Shown here one piece after another: positions 39,001 through 53,800 of a stretch of 64,000 bases of DNA. Below the pieces are notes generated by a model. The model was not told the origin of the DNA. It was given only the letters and a program-made list of their open reading frames with translations, and did no database searches. Where the stretch lies: NCBI GenBank assembly GCA_964057225.1, contig OZ059900.1:16306001-16370000 (forward strand), in the 5' to 3' direction. The stretch is from Auanema rhodensis (taxonomy: Eukaryota > Animalia > Nematoda). Within the stretch, counting starts at the first letter, position 1, and every line of letters begins with the position of its first letter. The translations under genes were made by a program, and so were the position numbers.

Positions 39001-41845
39001 TAGTGTTCAGCATGTAAAATGCTTCATTTTAGTATGTAACACGCTGAAATTCGTTGCATTTGACGAATCATATGAACAAAAATCGATTTAATCAATATTA
39101 GCCATAAGGGGCGTGCCCTCAGAATATGCTAATTTCCTTAATTTTCTAACCCCTGTTTTTTTGTCGTGAAAGTGGAACTAGACGTTGTACGAACAATTTT
39201 GAGCTAGGTTTCATTGACATTGCATGAGTTTGAACACATGAAATCGTAAGTCAAAACCTTGTTTACAGCGAAATTTCCAAAAACTGGTTTTCCAGCATAA
39301 TAAAATATTTCTCATGGGAAATACTGTGTTTTTGTATTTTACTAGTGTTCAGCATGTAAAATGCTTCATTTTAGTATGTAACACGCTGAAATTCGTTGCA
39401 TTTGACGACTCATATGAACAAAAATCGATTTAATCAATATTAGCCATAAGGGGCGTGCCCTCAGAATATGCTAATTTCCTTAATTTTCTAACCCCTGTTT
39501 TTTTGTCGTGAAAGTGGAACTAGACGTTGTACGAACAATTTTGAGCTAGGTTTCATTGACATTGCATGAGTTTGAACACATGAAATCGTAAGTCAAAACC
39601 TTGTTTACAGCGAAATTTCCAAAAACTGGTTTTCCAGCATAATAAAATATTTCTCATGGGAAATACTGTGTTTTTGTATTTTTCTAGTGTTCAGCATGTA
39701 AAATGCTTCATTTTAGTATGTAACACGCTGAAATTCGTTGCATTTGACGACTCATATGAACAAAAATCGATTTAATCAATATTAGCCATAAGGGGCGTGC
39801 CCTCAGAATATGCTAATTTCCTTAATTTTCTAACCCCTGTTTTTTTGTCGTGAAAGTGGAACTAGACGTTGTACGAACAATTTTGAGCTAGGTTTCATTG
39901 ACATTGCATGAGTTTGAACACATGAAATCGTAAGTCAAAACCTTGTTTACAGCGAAATTTCCAAAAACTGGTTTTCCAGCATAATAAAATATTTCTCATG
40001 GGAAATACTGTGTTTTTGTATTTTACTAGTGTTCAGCATGTAAAATGCTTCATTTTAGTATGTAACACGCTGAAATTCGTTGCATTTGACGACTCATATG
40101 AACAAAAATCGATTTAATCAATATTAGCCATAAGGGGCGTGCCCTCAGAATATGCTAATTTCCTTAATTTTCTAACCCCTGTTTTTTTGTCGTGAAAGTG
40201 GAACTAGACGTTGTACGAACAATTTTGAGCTAGGTTTCATTGACATTGCATGAGTTTGAACACATGAAATCGTAAGTCAAAACCTTGTTTACAGCGAAAT
40301 TTCCAAAAACTGGTTTTCCAGCATAATAAAATATTTCTCATGGGAAATACTGTGTTTTTGTATTTTTCTAGTGTTCAGCATGTAAAATGCTTCATTTTAG
40401 TATGTAACACGCTGAAATTCGTTGCATTTGACGACTCATATGAACAAAAATCGATTTAATCAATATTAGCCATAAGGGGCGTGCCCTCAGAATATGCTAA
40501 TTTCCTTAATTTTCTAACCTCTGTTTTTTTGTCGTGAAAGTGGAACTAAACGTTGTACGAACAATTTTGAGCTAGGTTTCATTGACATTGCATGAGTTTG
40601 AACACATGAAATCGTAAGTCAAAACCTTGTTTACAGCGAAATTTCCAAAAACTGGTTTTCCAGCATAATAAAATATTTCTCATGGGAAATACTGTGTTTT
40701 TGTATTTTTCTAGCGTTCAGCATGTAAAATGCTTCATTTTAGTATGTGACACGCTGAAATTCGTTGCATTTGACGACTCATATGAACAAAAATCGATTTA
40801 ATCAATATTAGCCATAAGGGGCGTGCCCTCAGAATATGCTAATTTCCTTAATTTTCTAACCCCTGTTTTTTTGTCGTGAAAGTGGAACTAGACGTTGTAC
40901 GAACAATTTTGAGCTAGGTTTCATTGACATTGCATGAGTTTGAACACATGAAATCGTAAGTCAAAACCTTGTTTACAGCGAAATTTCCAAAAACTGGTTT
41001 TCCAGCATAATAAAATATTTCTCATGGGAAATACTGTGTTTTTGTATTTTACTAGTGTTCAGCATGTAAAATGCTTCATTTTAGTATGTAACACGCTGAA
41101 ATTCGTTGCATTTGACGACTCATATGAACAAAAATCGATTTAATCAATATTAGCCATAAGGGGCGTGCCCTCAGAATATGCTAATTTCCTTAATTTTCTA
41201 ACCCCTGTTTTTTTGTCGTGAAAGTGGAACTAGACGTTGTACGAACAATTTTGAGCTAGGTTTCATTGACATTGCATGAGTTTGAACACATGAAATCGTA
41301 AGTCAAAACCTTGTTTACAGCGAAATTTCCAAAAACTGGTTTTCCAGCATAATAAAATATTTCTCATGGGAAATACTGTGTTTTTGTATTTTACTAGTGT
41401 TCAGCATGTAAAATGCTTCATTTTAGTATGTAACACGCTGAAATTCGTTGCATTTGACGAATCATATGAACAAAAATCGATTTAATCAATATTAGCCATA
41501 AGGGGCGTGCCCTCAGAATATGCTAATTTCCTTAATTTTCTAACCCCTGTTTTTTTGTCGTGAAAGTGGAACTAGACGTTGTACGAACAATTTTGAGCTA
41601 GGTTTCATTGACATTGCATGAGTTTGAACACATGAAATCGTAAGTCAAAACCTTGTTTACAGCGAAATTTCCAAAAACTGGTTTTCCAGCATAATAAAAT
41701 ATTTCTCATGGGAAATACTGTGTTTTTGTATTTTACTAGTGTTCAGCATGTAAAATGCTTCATTTTAGTATGTAACACGCTGAAATTCGTTGCATTTGAC
41801 GACTCATATGAACAAAAATCGATTTAATCAATATTAGCCATAAGG

Positions 41846-44800
41846 GGCGTGCCCTCAGAATATGCTAATTTCCTTAATTTTCTAACCCCTGTTTTTTTGT
41901 CGTGAAAGTGGAACTAAACGTTGTACGAACAATTTTGAGCTAGGTTTCATTGACATTGCATGAGTTTGAACACATGAAATCGTAAGTCAAAACCTTGTTT
42001 ACAGCGAAATTTCCAAAAACTGGTTTTCCAGCATAATAAAATATTTCTCATGAGAAATACTGTGTTTTTGTATTTTTCTAGTGTTCAGCATGTAAAATGC
42101 TTCATTTTAGTATGTAACACGCTGAAATTCGTTGCATTTGACGACTCATATGAACAAAAATCGATTTAATCAATATTAGCCATAAGGGGCGTGCCCTCAG
42201 AATATGCTAATTTCCTTAATTTTCTAACCCCTGTTTTTTTGTCGTGAAAGTGGAACTAGACGTTGTACGAACAATTTTGAGCTAGGTTTCATTGACATTG
42301 CATGAGTTTGAACACATGAAATCGTAAGTCAAAACCTTGTTTACAGCGAAATTTCCAAAAACTGGTTTTCCAGCATAATAAAATATTTCTCATGGGAAAT
42401 ACTGTGTTTTTGTATTTTTCTAGTGTTCAGCATGTAAAATGCTTCATTTTAGTATGTAACACGCTGAAATTCGTTGCATTTGACGACTCATATGAACAAA
42501 AATCGATTTAATCAATATTAGCCATAAGGGGCGTGCCCTCAGAATATGCTAATTTCCTTAATTTTCTAACCCCTGTTTTTTTGTCGTGAAAGTGGAACTA
42601 GACGTTGTACGAACAATTTTGAGCTAGGTTTCATTGACATTGCATGAGTTTGAACACATGAAATCGTAAGTCAAAACCTTGTTTACAGCGAAATTTCCAA
42701 AAACTGGTTTTCCAGCATAATAAAATATTTCTCATGGGAAATACTGTGTTTTTGTATTTTTCTAGTGTTCAGCATGTAAAATGCTTCATTTTAGTATGTA
42801 ACACGCTGAAATTCGTTGCATTCGACGACTCATATGAACAAAAATCGATTTAATCAATATTAGCCATAAGGGGCGTGCCCTCAGAATATGCTAATTTCCT
42901 TAATTTTCTAACCCCTGTTTTTTTGTCGTGAAAGTGGAACTACACGTTGTACGAACAATTTTGAGCTAGGTTTCATTGACATTGCATGAGTTTGAACACA
43001 TGAAATCGTAAGTCAAAACCTTGTTTACAGCGAAATTTCCAAAAACTGGTTTTCCAGCATAATAAAATATTTCTCATGGGAAATACTGTGTTTTCGTAAT
43101 TTTCTAGTGTTCAGCATGTAAAATGCTTCATTTTAGTATGTAACACGCTGAAATTCGTTGCATTTGACGAATCATATGAACAAAAATCGATTTAATCAAT
43201 ATTAGCCATAAGGGGCGTGCCCTCAGAATATGCTAATTTCCTTAATTTTCTAACCCCTGTTTTTTTGTCGTGAAAGTGGAACTAGACGTTGTACGAACAA
43301 TTTTGAGCTAGGTTTCATTGACATTGCATGAGTTTGAACACATGAAATCGTAAGTCAAAACCTTGTTTACAGCGAAATTTCCAAAAACTGGTTTTCCAGC
43401 ATAATAAAATATTTCTCATGGGAAATACTGTGTTTTTGTATTTTACTAGTGTTCAGCATGTAAAATGCTTCATTTTAGTATGTAACACGCTGAAATTCGT
43501 TGCATTTGACGACTCATATGAACAAAAATCGATTTAATCAATATTAGCCATAAGGGGCGTGCCCTCAGAATATGCTAATTTCCTTAATTTTCTAACCCCT
43601 GTTTTTTTGTCGTGAAAGTGGAACTAGACGCTGTACGAACAATTTTGAGCTAGGTTTCATTGACATTGCATGAGTTTGAACACATGAAATCGTAAGTCAA
43701 AACCTTGTTTACAGCGAAATTTCCAAAAACTGGTTTTCCAGCATAATAAAATATTTCTCATGGGAAATACTGTGTTTTTGTATTTTTCTAGTGTTCAGCA
43801 TGTAAAATGCTTCATTTTAGTATGTAACACGCTGAAATTCGTTGCATTTGACGACTCATATGAACAAAAATCGATTTAATCAATATTAGCCATAAGGGGC
43901 GTGCCCTCAGAATATGCTAATTTCCTTAATTTTCTAACCCCTGTTTTTTTGTCGTGAAAGTGGAACTAGACGTTGTACGAACAATTTTGAGCTAGGTTTC
44001 ATTGACATTGCATGAGTTTGAACACATGAAATCGTAAGTCAAAACCTTGTTTACAGCGAAATTTCCAAAAACTGGTTTTCCAGCATAATAAAATATTTCT
44101 CATGGGAAATACTGTGTTTTTGTATTTTTCTAGTGTTCAGCATGTAAAATGCTTCATTTTAGTATGTAACACGCTGAAATTCGTTGCATTCGACGACTCA
44201 TATGAACAAAAATCGATTTAATCAATATTAGCCATAAGGGGCGTGCCCTCAGAATATGCTAATTTCCTTAATTTTCTAACCCCTGTTTTTTTGTCGTGAA
44301 AGTGGAACTACACGTTGTACGAACAATTTTGAGCTAGGTTTCATTGACATTGCATGAGTTTGAACACATGAAATCGTAAGTCAAAACCTTGTTTACAGCG
44401 AAATTTCCAAAAACTGGTTTTCCAGCATAATAAAATATTTCTCATGGGAAATACTGTGTTTTCGTATTTTTCTAGTGTTCAGCATGTAAAATGCTTCATT
44501 TTAGTATGTAACACGCTGAAATTCGTTGCATTTGACGACTCATATGAACAAAAATCGATTTAATCAATATTAGCCATAAGGGGCGTGCCCTCAGAATATG
44601 CTAATTTCCTTAATTTTCTAACCCCTGTTTTTTTGTCGTGAAAGTGGAACTAGACGTTGTACGAACAATTTTGAGCTAGGTTTCATTGACATTGCATGAG
44701 TTTGAACACATGAAATCGTAAGTCAAAACCTTGTTTACAGCGAAATTTCCAAAAACTGGTTTTCCAGCATAATAAAATATTTCTCATGGGAAATACTGTG

Positions 44801-47800
44801 TTTTTGTATTTTTCTAGTGTTCAGCATGTAAAATGCTTCATTTTAGTATGTAACACGCTGAAATTCGTTGCATTCGACGACTCATATGAACAAAAATCGA
44901 TTTAATCAATATTAGCCATAAGGGGCGTGCCCTCAGAATATGCTAATTTCCTTAATTTTCTAACCCCTGTTTTTTTGTCGTGAAAGTGGAACTACACGTT
45001 GTACGAACAATTTTGAGCTAGGTTTCATTGACATTGCATGAGTTTGAACACATGAAATCGTAAGTCAAAACCTTGTTTACAGCGAAATTTCCAAAAACTG
45101 GTTTTCCAGCATAATAAAATATTTCTCATGAGAAATACTGTGTTTTCGTATTTTTCTAGTGTTCAGCATGTAAAATGCTTCATTTTAGTATGTAACACGC
45201 TGAAATTCGTTGCATTTGACGACTCATATGAACAAAAATCGATTTAATCAATATTAGCCATAAGGGGCGTGCCCTCAGAATATGCTAATTTCCTTAATTT
45301 TCTAACCCCTGTTTTTTTGTCGTGAAAGTGGAACTAGACGTTGTACGAACAATTTTGAGCTAGGTTTCATTGACATTGCATGAGTTTGAACACATGAAAT
45401 CGTAAGTCAAAACCTTGTTTACAGCGAAATTTCCAAAAACTGGTTTTCCAGCATAATAAAATATTTCTCATGGGAAATACTGTGTTTTTGTATTTTACTA
45501 GTGTTCAGCATGTAAAATGCTTCATTTTAGTATGTAACACGCTGAAATTCGTTGCATTCGACGACTCATATGAACAAAAATCGATTTAATCAATATTAGC
45601 CATAAGGGGCGTGCCCTCAGAATATGCTAATTTCCTTCATTTTCTAACCCCTGTTTTTTTGTCGTGAAAGTGGAACTAGACGTTGTACGAACAATTTTGA
45701 GCTAGGTTTCATTGACATTGCATGAGTTTGAACACATGAAATCGTAAGTCAAAACCTTGTTTACAGCGAAATTTCCAAAAACTGGTTTTCCAGCATAATA
45801 AAATATTTCTCATGGGAAATACTGTGTTTTCGTATTTTTCTAGTGTTCAGCATGTAAAATGCTTCATTTTAGTATGTAACACGCTGAAATTCGTTGCATT
45901 TGACGACTCATATGAACAAAAATCGATTTAATCAATATTAGCCATAAGGGGCGTGCCCTCAGAATATGCTAATTTCCTTAATTTTCTAACCCCTGTTTTT
46001 TTTGTCGTGAAAGTGGAACTAGACGTTGTACGAATAATTTTGAGCTAGGTTTCATTGACATTGCATGAGTTTGAACACATGAAATCGTAAGTCAAAACCT
46101 TGTTTACAGCGAAATTTCCAAAAACTGGTTTTCCAGCATAATAAAATATTTCTCATGGGAAATACTGTGTTTTTGTATTTTTCTAGTGTTCAGCATGTAA
46201 AATGCTTCATTTTAGTATGTAACACGCTGAAATTCGTTGCATTCGACGACTCATATGAACAAAAATCGATTTAATCAATATTAGCCATAAGGGGCGTGCC
46301 CTCAGAATATGCTAATTTCCTTAATTTTCTAACCCCTGTTTTTTTGTCGTGAAAGTGGAACTACACGTTGTACGAACAATTTTGAGCTAGGTGTCATTGA
46401 CATTGCATGAGTTTGAACACATGAAATCGTAAGTCAAAACCTTGTTTACAGCGAAATTTCCAAAAACTGGTTTTCCAGCATAATAAAATATTTCTCATGG
46501 GAAATACTGTGTTTTCGTATTTTTCTAGTGTTCAGCATGTAAAATGCTTCATTTTAGTATGTAACACGCTGAAATTCGTTGCATTTGACGACTCATATGA
46601 ACAAAAATCGATTTAATCAATATTAGCCATAAGGGGCGTGCCCTCAGAATATGCTAATTTCCTTAATTTTCTAACCCCTGTTTTTTTGTCGTGAAAGTGG
46701 AACTAGACGTTGTACGAACAATTTTGAGCTAGGTTTCATTGACATTGCATGAGTTTGAACACATGAAATCGTAAGTCAAAACCTTGTTTACAGCGAAATT
46801 TCCAAAAACTGGTTTTCCAGCATAATAAAATATTTCTCATGAGAAATACTGTGTTTTTGTATTTTTCTAGTGTTCAGCATGTAAAATGCTTCATTTTAGT
46901 ATGTAACACGCTGAAATTCGTTGCATTTGACGACTCATATGAACAAAAATCGATTTAATCAATATTAGCCATAAGGGGCGTGCCCTCAGAATATGCTAAT
47001 TTCCTTAATTTTCTAACCCCTGTTTTTTTGTCGTGAAAGTGGAACTAGACGTTGTACAAACAATTTTGAGCTAGGTTTCATAGACATTGCATGAGTTTGA
47101 ACACATGAAATCGTAAGTCAAAACCTTGTTTACAGAGAAATTTCCAAAAACTGGTTTTCCAGCATAATAAAATATTTCTCATGAGAAATACTGTGTTTTT
47201 GTATTTTTCTAGTGTTCAGCATGTAAAATGCTTCATTTTAGTATGTAACACGCTGAAATTCGTTGCATTTGACGACTCATATGAACAAAAATCGATTTAA
47301 TCAATATTAGCCATAAGGGGCGTGCCCTCAGAATATGCTAATTTCCTTAATTTTCTAACCCCTGTTTTTTTGTCGTGAAAGTGGAACTAGACGTTGTACG
47401 AACATTTTTGAGCTAGGTTTCATTGACATTGCATGAGTTTGAACACATGAAATCGTAAGTCAAAACCTTGTTTACAGCGAAATTTCCAAAAACTGGTTTT
47501 CCAGCATAATAAAATATTTCTCATGGGAAATACTGTGTTTTTGTATTTCTCTAGTGTTCAGCATGTAAAATGCTTCATTTTAGTATGTAACACGCTGAAA
47601 TTCGTTGCATTTGACGACTCATATGAACAAAAATCGATTTAATCAATATTAGCCATAAGGGGCGTGCCCTCAGAATATGCTAATTTCCTTAATTTTCTAA
47701 CCCCTGTTTTTTTGTCGTGAAAGTGGAACTAGACGTTGTACGAACAATTTTGAGCTACGTTTCATTGACATTGCATGAGTTTGAACACATGAAATCGTAA

Positions 47801-50800
47801 GTCAAAACCTTGTTTACAGCGAAATTTCCAAAAACTGGTTTTCCAGCATAATAAAATATTTCTCATGGGAAATACTGTGTTTTTGTATTTTTCTAGTGTT
47901 CAGCATGTAAAATGCTTCATATTAGTATGTAACACGCTGAAATTCGTTGCATTTGACGACTCATATGAACAAAAATCGATTTAATCAATATTAGCCATAA
48001 GGGGCGTGCCCTCAGAATATGCTAATTTCCTTAATTTTCTAGCCCCTGTTTTTTTGTCGTGAAAGTGGAACTAGACGTTGTACGAACAATTTTGAGCTAA
48101 GTTTCATTGACATTGCATGAGTTTGAACACATGAAATCGTAAGTCAAAACCTTGTTTACAGCGAAATTTCCAAAAACTGGTTTTCCAGCATAATAAAATA
48201 TTTCTCATGGGAAATACTGTGTTTTTGTATTTTTCTAGTGTTCAGCATGTAAAATGCTTCATTTTAGTATGTAACACGCTGAAATTCGTTGCATTCGACG
48301 ACTCATATGAACAAAAATCGATTTAATCAATATTAGCCATAAGGGGCGTGCCCTCAGAATATGCTAATTTCCTTAATTTTCTAACCCCTGTTTTTTTGTC
48401 GTGAAAGTGGAACTAGACGTTGTACGAACAATTTTGAGCTAGGTTTCATTGACATTGCATGAGTTTGAACACATGAAATCGTAAGTCAAAACCTTGTTTA
48501 CAGCGAAATTTCCAAAAACTGGTTTTCCAGCATAATAAAATATTTCTCATGGGAAATACTGTGTTTTTGTATTTTTCTAGTGTTCAGCATGTAAAATGCT
48601 TCATTTTAGTATGTAACACGCTGAAATTCGTTGCATTTGACGACTCATATGAACAAAAATCGATTTAATCAATATTAGCCATAAGGGGTGTGCCCTCAGA
48701 ATATGCTAATTTCCTTAATTTTCTAACCCTTGTTTTTTTGTCGTGAAAGTGGAACTAGACGTTGTACGAACAATTTTGAGCTAGGTTTCATTGACATTGC
48801 ATGAGTTTGAACACATGAAATCGTAAGTCAAAACCTTGTTTACAGCGAAATTTCCAAAAACTGGTTTTCCAGCATAATAAAATATTTCTCATGGGAAATA
48901 CTGTGTTTTTGTATTTTTCTAGTGTTCAGCATGTAAAATGCTTCATTTTAGTATGTAACACGCTGAAATTCGTTGCATTTGACGACTCATATGAACAAAA
49001 ATCGATTTAATCAATATTAGCCATAAGGGGCGTGCCCTCAGAATATGCTAATTTCCTTAATTTTCTAACCCCTGTTTTTTTGTCGTGAAAGTGGAACTAG
49101 ACGTTGTACGAACAATTTTGAGCTAGGTTTCATTGACATTGCATGAGTTTGAACACATGAAATCGTAAGTCAAAACCTTGTTTACAGCGAAATTTCCAAA
49201 AACTGGTTTTCCAGCATAATAAAATATTTCTCATGAGAAATACTGTGTTTTTGTATTTTTCTAGTGTTCAGCATGTAAAATGCTTCATTTTAGTATGTAA
49301 CACGCTGAAATTCGTTGCATTTGACGACTCATATGAACAAAAATCGATTTAATCAATATTAGCCATAAGGGGCGTGCCCTCAGAATATGCTAATTTCCTT
49401 AATTTTCTAACCCCTGTTTTTTTGTCGTGAAAGTGGAACTAGACGTTGTACAAACAATTTTGAGCTAGGTTTCATAGACATTGCATGAGTTTGAACACAT
49501 GAAATCGTAAGTCAAAACCTTGTTTACAGAGAAATTTCCAAAAACGGGTTTTCCAGCATAATAAAATATTTCTCATGAGAAATACTGTGTTTTTGTATTT
49601 TTCTAGTGTTCAGCATGTAAAATGCTTCATTTTAGTATGTAACACGCTGAAATTCGTTGCATTTGACGACTCATATGAACAAAAATCGATTTAATCAATA
49701 TTAGCCATAAGGGGCGTGCCCTCAGAATATGCTAATTTCCTTAATTTTCTAACCCCTGTTTTTTTGTCGTGAAAGTGGAACTAGACGTTGTACGAACAAT
49801 TTTGAGCTAGGTTTCATTGACATTGCATGAGTTTGAACACATGAAATCGTAAGTCAAAACCTTGTTTACAGCGAAATTTCCAAAAACTGGTTTTCCAGCA
49901 TAATAAAATATTTCTCATGAGAAATACTGTGTTTTTGTATTTTTCTAGTGTTCAGCATGTAAAATGCTTCATTTTAGTATGTAACACGCTGAAATTCGTT
50001 GCATTTGACGACTCATATGAACAAAAATCGATTTAATCAATATTAGCCATAAGGGGTGTGCCCTCAGAATATGCTAATTTCCTTAATTTTCTAACCCCTG
50101 TTTTTTTGTCGTGAAAGTGGAACTAGACGTTGTACGAACAATTTTGAGCTAGGTTTCATTGACATTGCATGAGTTTGAACACATGAAATCGTAAGTCAAA
50201 ACCTTGTTTACAGCGAAATTTCCAAAAACTGGTTTTCCAGCATAATAAAATATTTCTCATGGGAAATACTGTGTTTTTGTATTTTTCTAGTGTTCAGCAT
50301 GTAAAATGCTTCATTTTAGTATGTAACACGCTGAAATTCGTTGCATTCGACGACTCATATGAACAAAAATCGATTTAATCAATATTAGCCATAAGGGGCG
50401 TGCCCTCAGAATATGCTAATTTCCTTAATTTTCTAACCCTTGTTTTTTTGTCGTGAAAGTGGAACTAGACGTTGTACGAACAATTTTGAGCTAGGTTTCA
50501 TTGACATTGCATGAGTTTGAACACATGAAATCGTAAGTCAAAACCTTGTTTACAGCGAAATTTCCAAAAACTGGTTTTCCAGCATAATAAAATATTTCTC
50601 ATGGGAAATACTGTGTTTTTGTATTTTTCTAGTGTTCAGCATGTAAAATGCTTCATTTTAGTATGTAACACGCTGAAATTCGTTGCATTTGACGACTCAT
50701 ATGAACAAAAATCGATTTAATCATTATTAGCCATAAGGAGCGTGCCCTCAGAATATGCTAATTTCCTTAATTTTCTAACCCCTGTTTTTTTGTCGTGAAA

Positions 50801-53800
50801 GTGGAACTAAACGTTGTACGAACAATTTTGAGCTAGGTTTCATTGACATTGCATGAGTTTGAACACATGAAATCGTAAGTCAAAACCTTGTTTACAGCGA
50901 AATTTCCAAAAACTGGTTTTCCAGCATAATAAAATATTTCTCATGAGAAATACTGTGTTTTTGTATTTTTCTAGTGTTCAGCATGTAAAATGCTTCATTT
51001 TAGTATGTAACACGCTGAAATTCGTTGCATTTGACGACTCATATGAACAAAAATCGATTTAATCAATATTAGCCATAAGGGGCGTGCCCTCAGAATATGC
51101 TAATTTCCTTAATTTTCTAACCCCTGTTTTTTTGTCGTGAAAGTGGAACTAGACGTTGTACGAACAATTTTGAGCTAGGTTTCATTGACATTGCATGAGT
51201 TTGAACACATGAAATCGTAAGTCAAAACCTTGTTTACAGCGAAATTTCCAAAAACTGGTTTTCCAGCATAATAAAATATTTCTCATGGGAAATACTGTGT
51301 TTTTGTATTTTTCTAGTGTTCAGCATGTAAAATGCTTCATTTTAGTATGTAACACGCTGAAATTCGTTGCATTTGACGACTCATATGAACAAAAATCGAT
51401 TTAATCAATATTAGCCATAAGGGGCGTGCCCTCAGAATATGCTAATTTCCTTAATTTTCTAACCCCTGTTTTTTTGTCGTGAAAGTGGAACTAGACGTTG
51501 TACGAACAATTTTGAGCTAGGTTTCATTGACATTGCATGAGTTTGAACACATGAAATCGTAAGTCAAAACCTTGTTTACAGCGAAATTTCCAAAAACTGG
51601 TTTTCCAGCATAATAAAATATTTCTCATGGGAAATACTGTGTTTTTGTATTTTTCTAGTGTTCAGCATGTAAAATGCTTCATTTTAGTATGTAACACGCT
51701 GAAATTCGTTGCATTCGACGACTCATATGAACAAAAATCGATTTAATCAATATTAGCCATAAGGGGCGTGCCCTCAGAATATGCTAATTTCCTTAATTTT
51801 CTAACCCCTGTTTTTTTGTCGTGAAAGTGGAACTACACGTTGTACGAACAATTTTGAGCTAGGTTTCATTGACATTGCATGAGTTTGAACACATGAAATC
51901 GTAAGTCAAAACCTTGTTTACAGCGAAATTTCCAAAAACTGGTTTTCCAGCATAATAAAATATTTCTCATGGGAAATACTGTGTTTTCGTAATTTTCTAG
52001 TGTTCAGCATGTAAAATGCTTCATTTTAGTATGTAACACGCTGAAATTCGTTGCATTTGACGAATCATATGAACAAAAATCGATTTAATCAATATTAGCC
52101 ATAAGGGGCGTGCCCTCAGAATATGCTAATTTCCTTAATTTTCTAACCCCTGTTTTTTTGTCGTGAAAGTGGAACTAGACGTTGTACGAACAATTTTGAG
52201 CTAGGTTTCATTGACATTGCATGAGTTTGAACACATGAAATCGTAAGTCAAAACCTTGTTTACAGCGAAATTTCCAAAAACTGGTTTTCCAGCATAATAA
52301 AATATTTCTCATGGGAAATACTGTGTTTTTGTATTTTACTAGTGTTCAGCATGTAAAATGCTTCATTTTAGTATGTAACACGCTGAAATTCGTTGCATTT
52401 GACGACTCATATGAACAAAAATCGATTTAATCAATATTAGCCATAAGGGGCGTGCCCTCAGAATATGCTAATTTCCTTAATTTTCTAACCCCTGTTTTTT
52501 TGTCGTGAAAGTGGAACTAGACGCTGTACGAACAATTTTGAGCTAGGTTTCATTGACATTGCATGAGTTTGAACACATGAAATCGTAAGTCAAAACCTTG
52601 TTTACAGCGAAATTTCCAAAAACTGGTTTTCCAGCATAATAAAATATTTCTCATGGGAAATACTGTGTTTTTGTATTTTTCTAGTGTTCAGCATGTAAAA
52701 TGCTTCATTTTAGTATGTAACACGCTGAAATTCGTTGCATTTGACGACTCATATGAACAAAAATCGATTTAATCAATATTAGCCATAAGGGGCGTGCCCT
52801 CAGAATATGCTAATTTCCTTAATTTTCTAACCCCTGTTTTTTTGTCGTGAAAGTGGAACTAGACGTTGTACGAACAATTTTGAGCTAGGTTTCATTGACA
52901 TTGCATGAGTTTGAACACATGAAATCGTAAGTCAAAACCTTGTTTACAGCGAAATTTTTAAAAACTGGTTTTCCAGCATAATAAAATATTTCTCATGGGA
53001 AATACTGTGTTTTTGTATTTTTCTAGTGTTCAGCATGTAAAATGCTTCATTTTAGTATGTAACACGCTGAAATTCGTTGCATTCGACGACTCATATGAAC
53101 AAAAATCGATTTAATCAATATTAGCCATAAGGGGCGTGCCCTCAGAATATGCTAATTTCCTTAATTTTCTAACCCCTGTTTTTTTGTCGTGAAAGTGGAA
53201 CTACACGTTGTACGAACAATTTTGAGCTAGGTTTCATTGACATTGCATGAGTTTGAACACATGAAATCGTAAGTCAAAACCTTGTTTACAGCGAAATTTC
53301 CAAAAACTGGTTTTCCAGCATAATAAAATATTTCTCATGGGAAATACTGTGTTTTCGTATTTTTCTAGTGTTCAGCATGTAAAATGCTTCATTTTAGTAT
53401 GTAACACGCTGAAATTCGTTGCATTTGACGACTCATATGAACAAAAATCGATTTAATCAATATTAGCCATAAGGGGCGTGCCCTCAGAATATGCTAATTT
53501 CCTTAATTTTCTAACCCCTGTTTTTTTGTCGTGAAAGTGGAACTAGACGTTGTACGAACAATTTTGAGCTAGGTTTCATTGACATTGCATGAGTTTGAAC
53601 ACATGAAATCGTAAGTCAAAACCTTGTTTACAGCGAAATTTCCAAAAACTGGTTTTCCAGCATAATAAAATATTTCTCATGGGAAATACTGTGTTTTTGT
53701 ATTTTTCTAGTGTTCAGCATGTAAAATGCTTCATTTTAGTATGTAACACGCTGAAATTCGTTGCATTCGACGACTCATATGAACAAAAATCGATTTAATC